The translations under genes and the position numbers were made by a program. Below, piece by piece: positions 44,021-57,177 of a DNA stretch of 64,000 bases (its first letter is position 1; the number at the start of each line of letters is the position of its first letter). Source of the stretch: the human T2T-CHM13v2.0 reference genome, Homo sapiens; the NCBI RefSeq assembly GCF_009914755.1, contig NC_060937.1, one strand, 5' to 3'. The notes under the pieces were generated by a model. That model was not told where the DNA came from, ran no database searches, and was given only the letters and a program-made list of their open reading frames with translations.

Positions 44021-45039
44021 TTACAATTTGGCATGATTTTGCAGTGGCTGGTACCGGTTGTTCCCTTCCATGTTTACTGCTTCCTTCAGGAGCTCTTTTA
44101 GGGCAGGCCTGGTGGTGACAAAATCTCTCAGCATTTGCTTGTCTGTAAAGGATTTTATTTCTCCTTCACTTATGAAGCTTAGTTTGGCTGGATATGAAAT
44201 TCTGGGTTGAAAATTCTTTCCTTTAAGAATGTTGAATATTGGCCCCCACTCTCTTCTGGCTTGTAGACTTTCTGCCAAGAGTTCCGCTGTTAGTCTGATG
44301 GGCTTCCCTTTGTGGGTAACCCGATCTTTCTCTCTGACTGCCCTTAACATTTTTTCCTTCATTTCAACTTTGGTGAACCTGACAATTTATGTGTCTTGGA
44401 GTTGCTCTTCTCGAGGAGTATCTTTGTGGTGTTCTCTGTATTTCCTGAATCTGAACGTTGGCCTGCCTTGCTAGATTGGGGAAGTTCTCCTTGATAATAT
44501 CCTGCAGAGTGTTTTCCAACTTGGTTCCATTCTCCCCGTCACTTTCAGGTACACCAATCAGACGTAGATTTGGTCTTTTCACATAGTCCCATATTTCTTG
44601 GAGGCTTTGTTCGTTTCTTTTTATTCTTTTTTATCTAAACTTCCCTTCTCACTTCATTTCATTCATTTCATCTTCCATCACTGATACCCTTTCTTCCAGT
44701 TGATCGCATCGGCTCCTGAGGCTTCTGCATTCTTCATGTAGTTCTCGAGCCTTGGCTTTCAGCTCCATCAGCTCCTTTAAGCACTTCTCTGTATTGGTTA
44801 TTCTAGTTATACATTCGTCTAAATTTTTTTTCAAAATTTTCAACTTCTTTGCCTTTGGTTTGAATTTCCTCCTGTAGCTTGGAGTAGTTGGATCGTCTGA
44901 AGCCTTCTTCTCTCAACTCGTCAAAGTCATTCTCCGTCCAGCTTTGTTCCGTTGCTGGTGAGGAGCTGTGTTCCTTTGGAGGAGGAGAGGCACTCTGCTT
45001 TTTAGAGTTTCCAGTTTTTCTGCTCTGTTTTTTCCCCAT
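44021..45039 (-). pseudogene. ORF1: L1 ORF1 (RNA-binding protein), frameshifted
   Basis: MGKKQSRKTGNSK...YQPLQNHAKL spread over four ORF fragments in different frames. Confidence 0.96.
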
Positions 45040-45699
45040 CTTTGTGGTTTTATCTACTTTTGGTCTTTGATGATGGTGATGTACAGATGGGTTTTTGGTG
45101 TGGACGTCCTTTCTGTTTGTTAGTTTTCCTTCTAACAGACAGGACCCTCAGCTGCAGGTCTGCTGGAGTTTGCTAGAGGTCCACTCCAGCCCCTGTTTGC
45201 CTGGGTACCAGCAGCAGTGGCTGCAGAACAGTGGATTTTCGTGAACCGCGAATGCTGCTGTCTGATCGTTCCTCTGGAAGTTTTGTCTCAGAGGAGTACC
45301 TGGCCGTGTGAGGTGTCCGTCTGCCCCTACTGGGGGGTGCCTCCCAGTTAGGCTGCTCGGGGGTCAGGGGTCAGGGACCCACCTGAGGCAGTCTGTCCGT
45401 TCTCAGATCTCCAGGTGCGTGCTGGGAGAACCACTGCTCTCTTCAAAGCTGTCAGATAGGGACATTTAAGTCTGCAGAGGTTACTGCTGTCTTTTTGTTT
45501 GTCTGTGCCCTGCCCCCAGAGGTGGAGCCTACAGAGGCAGGCAGGCCTCCTTGAGCTGTGGTGGGCTCCATCCAGTTAGAGCTTCCAGGCTGCTTTGTTT
45601 ACCTAAGCAAGCCTGGGCAATGGCGGGTGCCCCTCCCCCCAGCCTTGCTGCTGCCTTGCAGTTTGATCTCAGACTGCTGTGCTAGCAATCAGCGAGACT
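45040..45699 (-). promoter_or_regulatory. L1 5'UTR remnant (antisense promoter region kept, first ~370 nt lost or rearranged)
   Basis: matches recalled L1PA 5'UTR from ...gtctcgctgattgctagc onward; includes a 129-bp segment (45168-45296) absent from L1HS. Confidence 0.85.
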
Positions 45700-45803
45700 G
45701 TGCGTGAGCCAAAGCAGGGCAAGGCATTGCCTCACTCAGGAAGCACAAGGGGTCAGGGAGTTCCCTTTCCTAGTCAAAGAAAGGGGTGACAGACGGCACC
45801 TGG
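45697..45803 (+). mobile_element. Inverted L1 5'UTR segment (twin priming)
   Basis: tgcgtgagccaaagcagggcaaggcattgcc...gacggcacctgg is L1 5'UTR sense sequence, opposite to the body. Confidence 0.93.
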
Positions 45804-45888
45804 GTCTGAGGTTTTATATACTTGCCAGCTAATAATTTAGCCAGCTGCTGTTTCACGAATACTCATAAAGCAGATAAACTCTAAAGGA

Positions 45889-46104
45889 TCCTGGCTAACA
45901 TGGTGAAACTCTGTCTCTACTAAAAATACAAAAAATTAGCCGGGCGTGGTAGTGGGCAACTGTAGTCCCAGCTACTCGGGAGGCTGAAGCAGGAGAATGG
46001 CGTGAACCCGGGAGGCAGAGCTTGCCAGTGAGCCGAGATCACGCCACTGCACTCCAGCCTGGGCAACAGAGGGAGACTCCGCCTAAAAAAAAAAAAAAAG
46101 GGGG
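45889..46104 (+). mobile_element. 5'-truncated AluY
   Basis: atcctggctaaca and gagaatggcgtgaacccgggagg diagnostics; TSD ctctaaagga at 45879-45888 and 46109-46118. Confidence 0.95.
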
Positions 46105-48939
46105 AAATCTCTAAAGGACAAATTTTAATTTATTATTCACCGAAATAAAATAGCAGTTGACAGAGTATTAGCATTTTAGCCTGAAGTTTCCTGAGCCAGT
46201 TCCCACATGGCTTGGAGAGGAGGGTTAGATGACACCTGCACACACTCAGCTGTGTTACAGTGGGGGACTCTGAGCTTAGGGAATTTGAATCTTTAAAAAT
46301 AGGCAATACACATGCCTGTCCTTTTTTTTGGTGGAAGACATTAACTTTATCGTAAATGATAGCAAATATGCCTGCCATTTATTCTTAGGGAAGGTTCTCT
46401 CTTTCCTGTAAATCCATTTGTTGTAAAAAATAACCTTTAAAAGTCGATCTGGAATAAAGGTAAGTCAGTGTCTCACTCTTATTATATGAAGAAATTCAAT
46501 AGTCCCATGGAGCATACTCTCCCATGAACTCACACATAAAATCATAGGAGAGAAGGAGGCCTCACTGCTGATGAATATTTGAATACCTTGAATGCGGCAG
46601 TAGAAACCTGAGTACGCACACTTGTCAAAAATAAAACAGTGCTCTTGAAATAGATGCATTTTATTATATGCAAATTCTATCTTAGGAATCATGTTGAAAA
46701 AGGATATAATAGGTGAGCTTAGGGATTTTATTTAATAAAAAAGCTTTCAAATTGGCAACTTAGAACAACAGAGTCCACGTTATCATCCTAACCCACATTG
46801 TGTTGACCTAAGTGATAATTAATAAAAGTGTGCAAAGAATACCCTCAAAGTTAGAAGACTCCAATAATTTATTTATTGAATTTAAATCTAGGGTATCTTG
46901 TAGTTCCAATACTTCTTCGATTTATTAGATGTTGCTTCATAATTTTCACACATGACACCATCCAATTCATTCCTCATTTCCACTTACATAATTTATATTC
47001 ATCATCCAGAATTTATATTCATACATTTCAATGGATGGCTTCCCTGACAACTTTGCTGCATCTCCCCTGCAGCCACTTTGGAAGAACACATCACTTCTCC
47101 TTTGGATCTCTTTTTCTATTAAAAAACATATTGACTTAAAAAAAAAAAAAAAACTTCTGCACCTAAAATCATGCCTAGAGCATGCAAGGAACTCAATAAA
47201 TAGTTTAAAAATAATAAATTTGTATATTGCAATATTTGAACACTCTTGAAGCCATTCTTAATGGATATGTTTGCCCTTATAATTGCTTTCTCTTGGGAAA
47301 GTGTTGGACTCTTATTGTGCTTCTAAGGGTGTCTATAGCCCTTACTTTGTCAGAGTACTCATGAATGATCTGTTAAAAGTTCATGTTTCAGTAGGAAGTG
47401 CCATTTATATCAGAACACAGAAACTTGAAGACATTTATCATTTATGAGGTCATTTTCTAAAAGGGAAACAAAAATGCTCTGTCAGTGATGATCTTATTCA
47501 ATGAAGAATTCTAAATGACACATTTATGGTGTGACATTTCCTTGTCAAAAGAACATTATAGTCATTATCATTGTCTGCATAATCTGCCAGATTCCTCAGG
47601 GAAAATTACCATGACCTAATGTATGAGCACCTTACACTTGAAGGTGGATGCTAATAAAACTTGGTATCTCTAGAAACAAGTTATTGCCCATACCTAAGAA
47701 TACTACCATAACATATAAAATATAATGTATAAACTTCTTCAAGACAACCCTTATACGCACAATCAATTATACAGCATTAAAATGTAGGCTGAGTATTTTT
47801 TTCTCTTTCAAAATATTTAGAACACATTTTTACTCCACTCTCATGACACTGGCAGACAACATTTTACTTAACCAGTCAAATGAGACATATATGATAGTTC
47901 TATGGTTCAAACAATTAACTGTATCATTTTCCATTTTCATCATTCTCTTGGTGATAAATCACCTGAAGTTAGTACAGAATTTCTACTAATTGTTCCTTAA
48001 ATAACAAAAAAGGCTTTATATTAACAAGACTGATAATTTTCATTATAAATTAATGCTGCATAGTTATTTGACTATTACAGCAACAGATAACAAACATGTA
48101 TATTTTACAGGCATTTTTATGGGCTAATCTTAAAAATATATGTTATTGTTTTGTCACAATTGAAAATGTTTTCAGATTGCATTTTTTTAATTTAAAAAAA
48201 TGAGAGTTGAAGAAAAATGATTACAACTTTACATTTATAGTTTTAGTTTACTGAATTCATTTTTTTCATTTAATATTTGAAAAACACATTCATCAAATAT
48301 CTAGGTGTCTGATCTTGATCATATAGTGAAGAAATACGATATAACCTCTGCTCTAAAGGTACTTATAACTTTGCAGAGATAAATTGTCAACTAAGCAGAG
48401 CTAAGGATAATTAAAATAGGTATATTTTACTTCTGTCAATTCCTAATGTTTCACTCAACACAGTTATTTCAAAACATATATGGCACAAAATGCGTTAGGC
48501 ACTGAATACGTATCAGCAGGAAAAATGAATGTAGAAACTGTTTTGACATATACAGCTTACTATAAAGTGCAGACAGTACAAAATTAGTCAAATAAAGATG
48601 TAAATATAATCCATCATATATGCAACAAAAGGACCAAAGAAACAAGGATAAATGATCAAAATAGCAGATATTTTCTCATCTATTTGTGGGAAAGGAGACC
48701 AAAATGAAGAGGTGATGTCAGTGATTTCAAATAAATGAAATCATGTCTATTATTAGAGTGTTGCAGGTATGGGAAGAAGAGATGAAAATAATATATTCAA
48801 ATGGGTTGAGACAAGGCATTGAACATTGTTAAAGCATAAATTAAGATGATAATTTATTAAGATGATAAATTAAGATGACAAAAAATACTTTTTTTAATGT
48901 GGAGAAGAGTTTGGAGAGTGGCATGTAAAAAGAGAGGCT

Positions 48940-49260
48940 TTTAAGTATAATATGCATAAACTGTAACAAATACATTTTGATTGTACAGTTTGATTAGTTG
49001 AAAATATGTATTCACCCATGTAACCAGAACCATAATCAAGATACAGAATATATCCTCCATCACATCAAAATATTTCATTGTGCTCTTTTGCAATCACCCC
49101 CCACATCCATCCTCATCTCAGAGAATCATCAATCTGCTGTCATTAGAGGTAAATGTTACCCCTTCTATAGTAGAATTTCATACAAATGGACTCAGATACT
49201 ACTTGCTATTTTGTTTCTGGCTTCTGTCACTCAGTTTATGTTGGTGATACTCATCTTCCC
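48940..49260 (-). mobile_element. Old L1M 3'-end fragment
   Basis: tgtacagtttgattagttg...cacccatgtaacc...aatcaagatacagaatat...ttcatacaaatgga. Confidence 0.6.
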
Positions 49261-49359
49261 TGAATATTATTTCATTTAACAGGTATTTCTGTTAAGGACA
49301 TTTTATTTATTTCTGTTTTATTTCATTCCATTTGATATATTTTAAGGTTGTTATTATTC

Positions 49360-50290
<931 letters not shown>

Positions 50291-50820
50291 CTTAGTTTTC
50301 TCAAGTTTCCATTTGACAATGGGGTTTATCGGGTCTTTTCTGAAGCATACAAGCACATCATTTTCTACATTAGACGCAACATAAAGGAATTAGAGTGGCC
50401 ATCTTTAATTTGGTCCAAATTTCATGTAACAATTGCCAGACTTCCTTTATTTGGAGACTTAGACTCTGAAATTGTGACTATTTTATTTTTCTTTTTAATT
50501 GAATACAAATTTATCTTTATGTGATTTTACATATGTATTTTAAAATAAATGATAATATTTCTATCAATTTGTAAATGTCAGCGCAAAATTTTATGACTCA
50601 CTCTTCTTTTACTCACAGTATTTAGAACACTGTTTTGACTAAAACAGCAAGTATTCAATTAATTAATATATTTGACAAAGTACTTTAATTAAGTGATTAA
50701 TAATTATTATGTATTACCAGAGTAGAAAATAAAACGATTTTTAAAATTTTTTAAATAAGAAAGCCACTATTTATATTAATTTAATAATCATAGAAATAAT
50801 ATAAGTTTTCTGATTTACAC

Positions 50821-51194
50821 TTTTTTTTATACTTCAGTTCTAGGATACATGTGCAGAATGTGCAGATTGGTTACATAGGTATAGACGTGCCATGGTGGTT
50901 TGTTGCACCCATCAACCCATCATCTACATTAGGTATATCTCCTAATGCTATCCCTCCCCTAGCCCCCCACCCCCCGACAGGTCACAGTGTGTGATGTTCC
51001 CCTCCCTGTGTCCATGTATTCTCATTGTTCAATGCCCACTTATGAGTGAGAACATGCAGTGTTTGGTTTTCTGTTCTTGTGTTAGTTTGAAGAGAATGAT
51101 GATTTTCAGCTTCATCCATGTCCATGCAAAGGACATGAATTCATCCTTTTTTATGGCTGCATAGCATTCCATCGTGTATATGTGCCACATTTTC
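50821..51194 (-). mobile_element. L1PA 3' fragment (L1PA7-like)
   Basis: reverse-strand L1 3'UTR with T-tail. Confidence 0.94.
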
Positions 51195-51419
51195 AAAAAA
51201 AAGTTTTATATAAGGATAGTGTTGATATTTGAGCTGGGTGTCTAAATACATGTAAGACATTTTTAAGGATTTAGAGATTTCATTCTTTGCTAAAATAAGC
51301 CCTGCACTCTGTCCTTACTTTTCTCTCACTTAACTAAATCTTCATTTTAAAATTATTTTTTGTTTCTACTGTTTTTCCATAAAATAATAATATATGCCTT
51401 TTACTCACCCAAAATATTT

Positions 51420-51922
51420 ATAATAGGCAGAATAATGCCATCCTCCTCTCCAACAAAAGATGTCCATATACTACAAGTTATACTTGCCAGAACCTGTATC
51501 TCACATTGTGAAGGAGAATTAAGATTACAGATAGAATTAAAATGGGAAATCCTTAAAATAGGAAGATCATCCTGGATTATTATGGTAGGCCCAAGGTAAA
51601 CACAAGAGTTCCTAAATGTGGAAGAGTGCCTCAGAGGAGCCAGTGTCAGAGAGATGCTGTGTGAGGAAGTCTCAACCTGCCATTGTGGCTCTGAACATGA
51701 GAGGATGCTTTGCAATCAGCCTTTTGAAGCTGGAAGAGGCAAGGCAATGAATTCTTACCTAGAACTTTCAGAAAGGATCACATACCTGCTGATGCCTTAA
51801 TTTCAGCCCAGAGAAACCCAGTTTGGACATTTACACTCCAGAACTATAAAATAATAAATTTATATTATTTTACAACACTAAATTTATGGTAATTTGTCAC
51901 AGCAGCAATAAGAGACTAATAC
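51420..51922 (+). mobile_element. MLT1D-like solo LTR
   Basis: taggcagaataatg...aaagatgtccat...gaagctggaagaggcaagg...cagcagcaataagagactaataca. Confidence 0.8.
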
Positions 51923-52649
51923 AATGACCTCCCTATTCCCACGTCCACATTAAGGTCATGTTGTTCTCTCCTTTTACTGGCAAATTTATTGCAAATCAGT
52001 CTATTCTTTCCTCAGTTTTAATGTTCTCCCTCCCTTTTCTGTCTTTACTGGTTGGTACTTATAAAATCCATATTATAATGTGTAAGTTTCTTCATCAGAT
52101 GCAGAGCACAATGAGGTGAACACAGGTGATAATTAGCTTTGCGGTTTTTGCTGGTGTTTTCTCATCAAGGTCTCTTATTTTAAGCCCACGTCTGTGCATG
52201 TTTTGTTAGTTTGCACATAGGTTTCATCATTTCCTTAAAATTATTGGTTTTATTGTTTGCCTTATAAATTCATTTTGTTATCTTTTCTCTTGATGTCTTT
52301 AAGTGCAGATTGTATTTTAATGCTCATTAAAATATGTGGATTGTGTTTAATATTGTTCAGGTTTTTTCTTTAAAGAACAAATTCACGTTTAATGCATAAT
52401 ATAGCCTCCATTTTTACTCTTAGCTGTTCATCACAACAAATTTTGACATATTGACTAAATGAAAATGCTTTTTTTATGTCAATTACTTTCCTTTTAAGAT
52501 AACCATAGTTATTGTGGATGTCCATAATTTTTTGCCTACTGAGATAGCCTCCTATTTTGCACTCTTCCATTCTAAGCATTAGTATACACAGAGTGAGATT
52601 TTCGGGAAAGAAGGTCATGTTATATGCCATTGCTCCTAAAATAAATTTC

Positions 52650-53120
52650 AACTCTTTACAGGGCAAATTTTTTTCCCAACCTCACTTTGTGCCATTCTCA
52701 TGCTAACTTAATATACTCTTTTTCTTCTCACAATCCTTTAACAAGCTAAGTACTCTTTAATGCAGAACCTTTGTCCTTGCTAGGTCCTAGGTGTGAAATG
52801 CACATTCTCATCCTTTTTCATGGCTCACAGTTTCTCATTTTTTGGGACTCATGCCTCAGTTTACATATCATTTTTCCAAAAGGAATTTATCAAATAACTT
52901 ATGAAAAATATCCTTATTGCTGCTTTGTTTTCCCATTATAATATTCTTCAGAATTTCTTTCTTAGAACATACAATTTGATCTTTGTTGTTATTTTGTAAT
53001 TACTTCCACATATCTTTCATAGTAAGATGTAAGTTCTATGAAGCCTGGTGCTATGTCATTTCTTTCCTGAACCCAGCTCCTTTCACAGTGCCTAGTACAT
53101 TTTTGTTTGTGATAAACTGA
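52650..53120 (+). mobile_element. L2 3' fragment
   Basis: agatgtaagttctatgaag...cacagtgcctagtacat resembles the L2 3' end; boundaries approximate. Confidence 0.5.
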
Positions 53121-53380
53121 TATCTATCCAATGATTGTGTTAACGAAATCACTTATCACCCTCTTCAAGCATTTAACTTATACAGTAAAGGCCCTTCTCT
53201 ATTTTCTATATAAAAAGAAACAGTAGAGTCTATATCCCAGCATCAAAAAGAAATGGTGTCCATTGAGAATGGATTCCATAAGATTTCCTGTATTTTAATC
53301 TACCTGAAAAAAGAAAAAACCCTCTAGATTAGGACATATCAGAAAAAAAAACCATATATATATAATTTATATATATATAA

Positions 53381-53471
53381 ATAAATCTTGAAATAAGTAA
53401 TAAATTGTCAATTTATGAGTTTAATAACAATAACAAAATCTGTGTTTGCATACACATAAAAGAGTGTGAAT
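53381..53471 (+). repeat. 91-bp dispersed direct repeat, copy A
   Basis: matches 55443-55535 with 3 substitutions and a 2-bp indel. Confidence 0.93.
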
Positions 53472-53517
53472 ATATGTATATGTACACAGATATTATATAT
53501 AGAGAGAGAGAAAGAAA

Positions 53518-53797
53518 GAGATGGAGTCTCGCTCTGTTGCCCAGGCTGGAGTCCAGTGGCACGATCTAGGCTCACTGCAACCTCCACTTCCCAGGTTCAA
53601 TTGATTCTCCTGCTTCAGCCTCCCTAGTAGCTGGGAATCCAGGCACATGCCACCATGCCTGGCTAATTTTTGTATTTTTAGTAGAGACAGGGTTTCACCA
53701 TGTTGGCCAGGCTGGTCTTGAACTCCTGACCTTGTGATCCTCCTGCCTTGGCCTCCCAACATGCTGGGGTTACAGGCGTGAGCCACCACGCCCGGCC
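53518..53797 (-). mobile_element. AluS (Sg-like) lacking its poly-A tail
   Basis: gagatggagtctcgctc...gaactcctgaccttgtgatcc...cccggcc; preceded by (GA)n rather than poly-T. Confidence 0.95.
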
Positions 53798-53976
53798 AGA
53801 AGTATATTTTTGTAGGCTGAGGTTCTTCATATTTTCTAAATTTTATAAAACAGAAAACTGAAAAATTTAAGAACCTATTAATATTTATAAAATGAACCAT
53901 TATTTCTCAGGGTATAAATCTAACCTTTATAAATATTATACTCACATTGAAAAACATACCTAATACCTGATGTGTC

Positions 53977-54006
53977 TGTGTGTGTGTGTGTACGTGCGCG
54001 CGCGTG
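53977..54006. repeat. Alternating purine-pyrimidine tract (TG)n-(CG)n
   Basis: tgtgtgtgtgtgtgtacgtgcgcgcgcgtg. Confidence 0.85.
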
Positions 54007-55442
54007 AGCATCCATCCTGGTGTCTCAGAGGTGTAAACTTCTACCTACCGCCCCAAATATTCATCTTTGAGTAAATGCTCAAACGTGATATTATGAAACA
54101 TTTTCCCCTTGGTGACTGGATTTACCGGACTTGAATGATGGATGGATATATATGTTCTGCCTTGATTGACCAGTGATTTTCCCAAATTGAAATGAAATGA
54201 CCTTGGCTTCTTCCCCTGATGTCGACCATCAGTGTCATTAGGAAGGTGAATAATTGTGTGTTTTATTATTTGCATCTGATGTTTCTTATTTTATGGCTCA
54301 GCATTCTACAACTGTAATTTATTGTTTGAGCTTAAATTTCACCAAGCTTTTAGATAACTTTTATAAATTCTAAGTGAGTTCATTTCCCAGCAGTTATTCC
54401 TTGAGGACTCTCTGGCTCTTCATTTGATTGCCACATAAGCACTCCGGACTGAAAGACCTATTTCTGCTTTTGAAAGGTTAAAGGGAAAAAAAATTCTTCT
54501 TACACTGAATTTTTCCTGACAGTTCAGGTCTCCTCAGATGATAGCCAATCTATCCTCTAGCAGATGAAATAGATTAGTATAGGACTCACTTATGCTTCAA
54601 TGTACAATAGGATAATGTGACACTTCATCTTCTCACTGTCTTCTCTATTGCATCTCACTTATTCAAAAATCACATTTCACTCCAATATGAAACATTCTTC
54701 ACAGCTTGCTTCTTTCTGGCTCATATTTCTTTCAGTTTTTCCCATCAATAAATAAAATTGCTTGAAGATCCCTTCTCTATTTCCTATACAAAAACTTTAC
54801 TTTTGTACATTATTGTAATATAGAACTATATTTGTCTATCTAATAAGATGTCATTTTTTTCACTAACCTTAAATTTTTGGACTTGTGAATATCTAAAAAT
54901 ATTTTGTACTTTGAATTTAAATTAAAATATTTAAAATCAGTTGCTGTTGCTTTAAAAAATATCAGTATTGCATTATTTTCTAATAACTGTATAAATTTTA
55001 AATATAGTTCCATGTTTACTAAATTATACTTTTGAAGGCTCACTAATACATCTTAATTATTGTTTTCAATTTCCCTTTTAAAATCAAATCTAAATATTTA
55101 TTTAAAAATTAAATAATCTCAGTACATTTATATATCATAACCATATATCGGATTTTCCCTAAATTGAGGTTTTTGTAGTTTAACAAAAGAAAACAGAGTA
55201 ACCTCAAAATATCTGGACAAGCAAAACAATTTTTAAAAATTACTGACAAATCTCGCATGGAGAGCAGTATACTAAAAGCTAATCTTAGAGGTTATATTTG
55301 AATCTTTTTGGTGTTGTATTATTAGCTCCAGTCTCAAATTATTGTTGTAGTTTCTCATATCAAAATTTGGAGTGGATTTGTAGGATATGATATAATATTT
55401 GAGATGCTCTATCATAAACACAGAGGTGTAGTAAATAAATAT

Positions 55443-55535
55443 ATAAATCTTGAAATAACTAATAAATTGTCAATTTATGAGTTTAATAGCAATAACAAAA
55501 TATGTGTGTTTGCATACACATAAAAGAGTGTGAAT
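55443..55535 (+). repeat. 93-bp dispersed direct repeat, copy B
   Basis: matches 53381-53471. Confidence 0.93.
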
Positions 55536-55786
55536 CACATTTCTCTTTAAAGAGAGTCTGTAAGGCTCATTTCAGGGATGTGGTAGACGTTGATTACTAT
55601 ATAATAATTACTATTAATACTCTGGTTCTAAAAGGTTCTGTGTGAAACGAAAACATGCTACTATCATCTCTTATGGTCTCCTTTACCAAAAGTCCTCAGA
55701 GTGTGGGAATAAAGTATACTCAGTCTTAACGTTCCTCTGTGCGTACAAGTAGAGCCTAACAAAATTTATAATGCATGTTTGTGTAA

Positions 55787-56129
<343 letters not shown>

Positions 56130-56291
56130 AGGTATAATTTTTTGAACTAAAAAGGGCTTTTTAAATTTGATCTTTGTATGTGCTTGCACAGAATATAAAA
56201 ATAGGGTTATCCTTCATTATTATGTGTCGAGTACAAAACAGAGAAATCCACTTAAGGTTGAATGATGAAATATGATAAAATATGTAATAAC

Positions 56292-56585
56292 GCCAGGCAT
56301 GGTGGCTCATACCTGTAACTCCAGCGCTGTGAGAGGTCAAGGTAGGTGGATCACTTGAGGCCAGGAATTTGAGACCGGCCTGGCCAATACTGAGAAACCT
56401 CGTCTCTACTAAAAATGTGATAATTAACTGGGCATGGTGGTGTAAATCTGTAATCCCAGCTACTTGGGGGACTGAAGCTTGAGAATTGCTTGAACCCAGG
56501 AGTCAGAGTTTGCAGTGAGCAGACTGCACTCCGGTCTGGGCAACAGAGCAAGACTCTGTCTCAAAACAAACAAACAAACAAAAAA
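56292..56585 (+). mobile_element. Diverged Alu (Jb/Sz-like)
   Basis: gccaggcatggtggctcatacctgtaa...; (AAAC)n tail. Confidence 0.93.
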
Positions 56586-57177
56586 CTTAACAAAGTAAAA
56601 TTTCAAAAGACAATATATAACAAAGCAAACAATATAATCAAAAGACGCCAGTGCAATAAAATCAAATTATTTAATCCTATGAAGATTTTCGTAATTCAGA
56701 AACTGAGTAATATTGTGAAACCCAGCTATTTGTTTCTGTCTGTTGTTAAAAAATTTGGATCCAGTATTAAGAAAACCACATAAATATGTTTTTAAACATA
56801 AGAACTCAGTATAATTAATTTTTACAGTATAATTAATCATCAAGAATATATATTAAAATATAATTTTTATATTATAATAAATTCAAATAAAATAGAACAT
56901 AGCATTTTAAGCCAGTTATTTTTGTATGATGTATAGACCTAATTATCTAACACAATTATTAATATAATTCCAAAACATTTTTTATTCTTTTTATGACTAA
57001 TGTCAAATGTTGACTCTGAAGCCTTCTTAAGACATGCCATTTAGGTTTTCAATAACGTCTATAAAAGGATTTATGTAACATACAATCCACCAGATAAAAT
57101 GAAGATAATTTTTACGTTATTCTTTTGTTCAAGCTCTAAAAGCAAAAACAAAATGACCATGTGCTATGCATAGTATA

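Noticed and set aside
53493-53900. Alu-derived ORFs here and at 9812, 19227, 25862, 31012, 49522 and 56351
   Set aside because: Standard spurious translations of Alu sequence.
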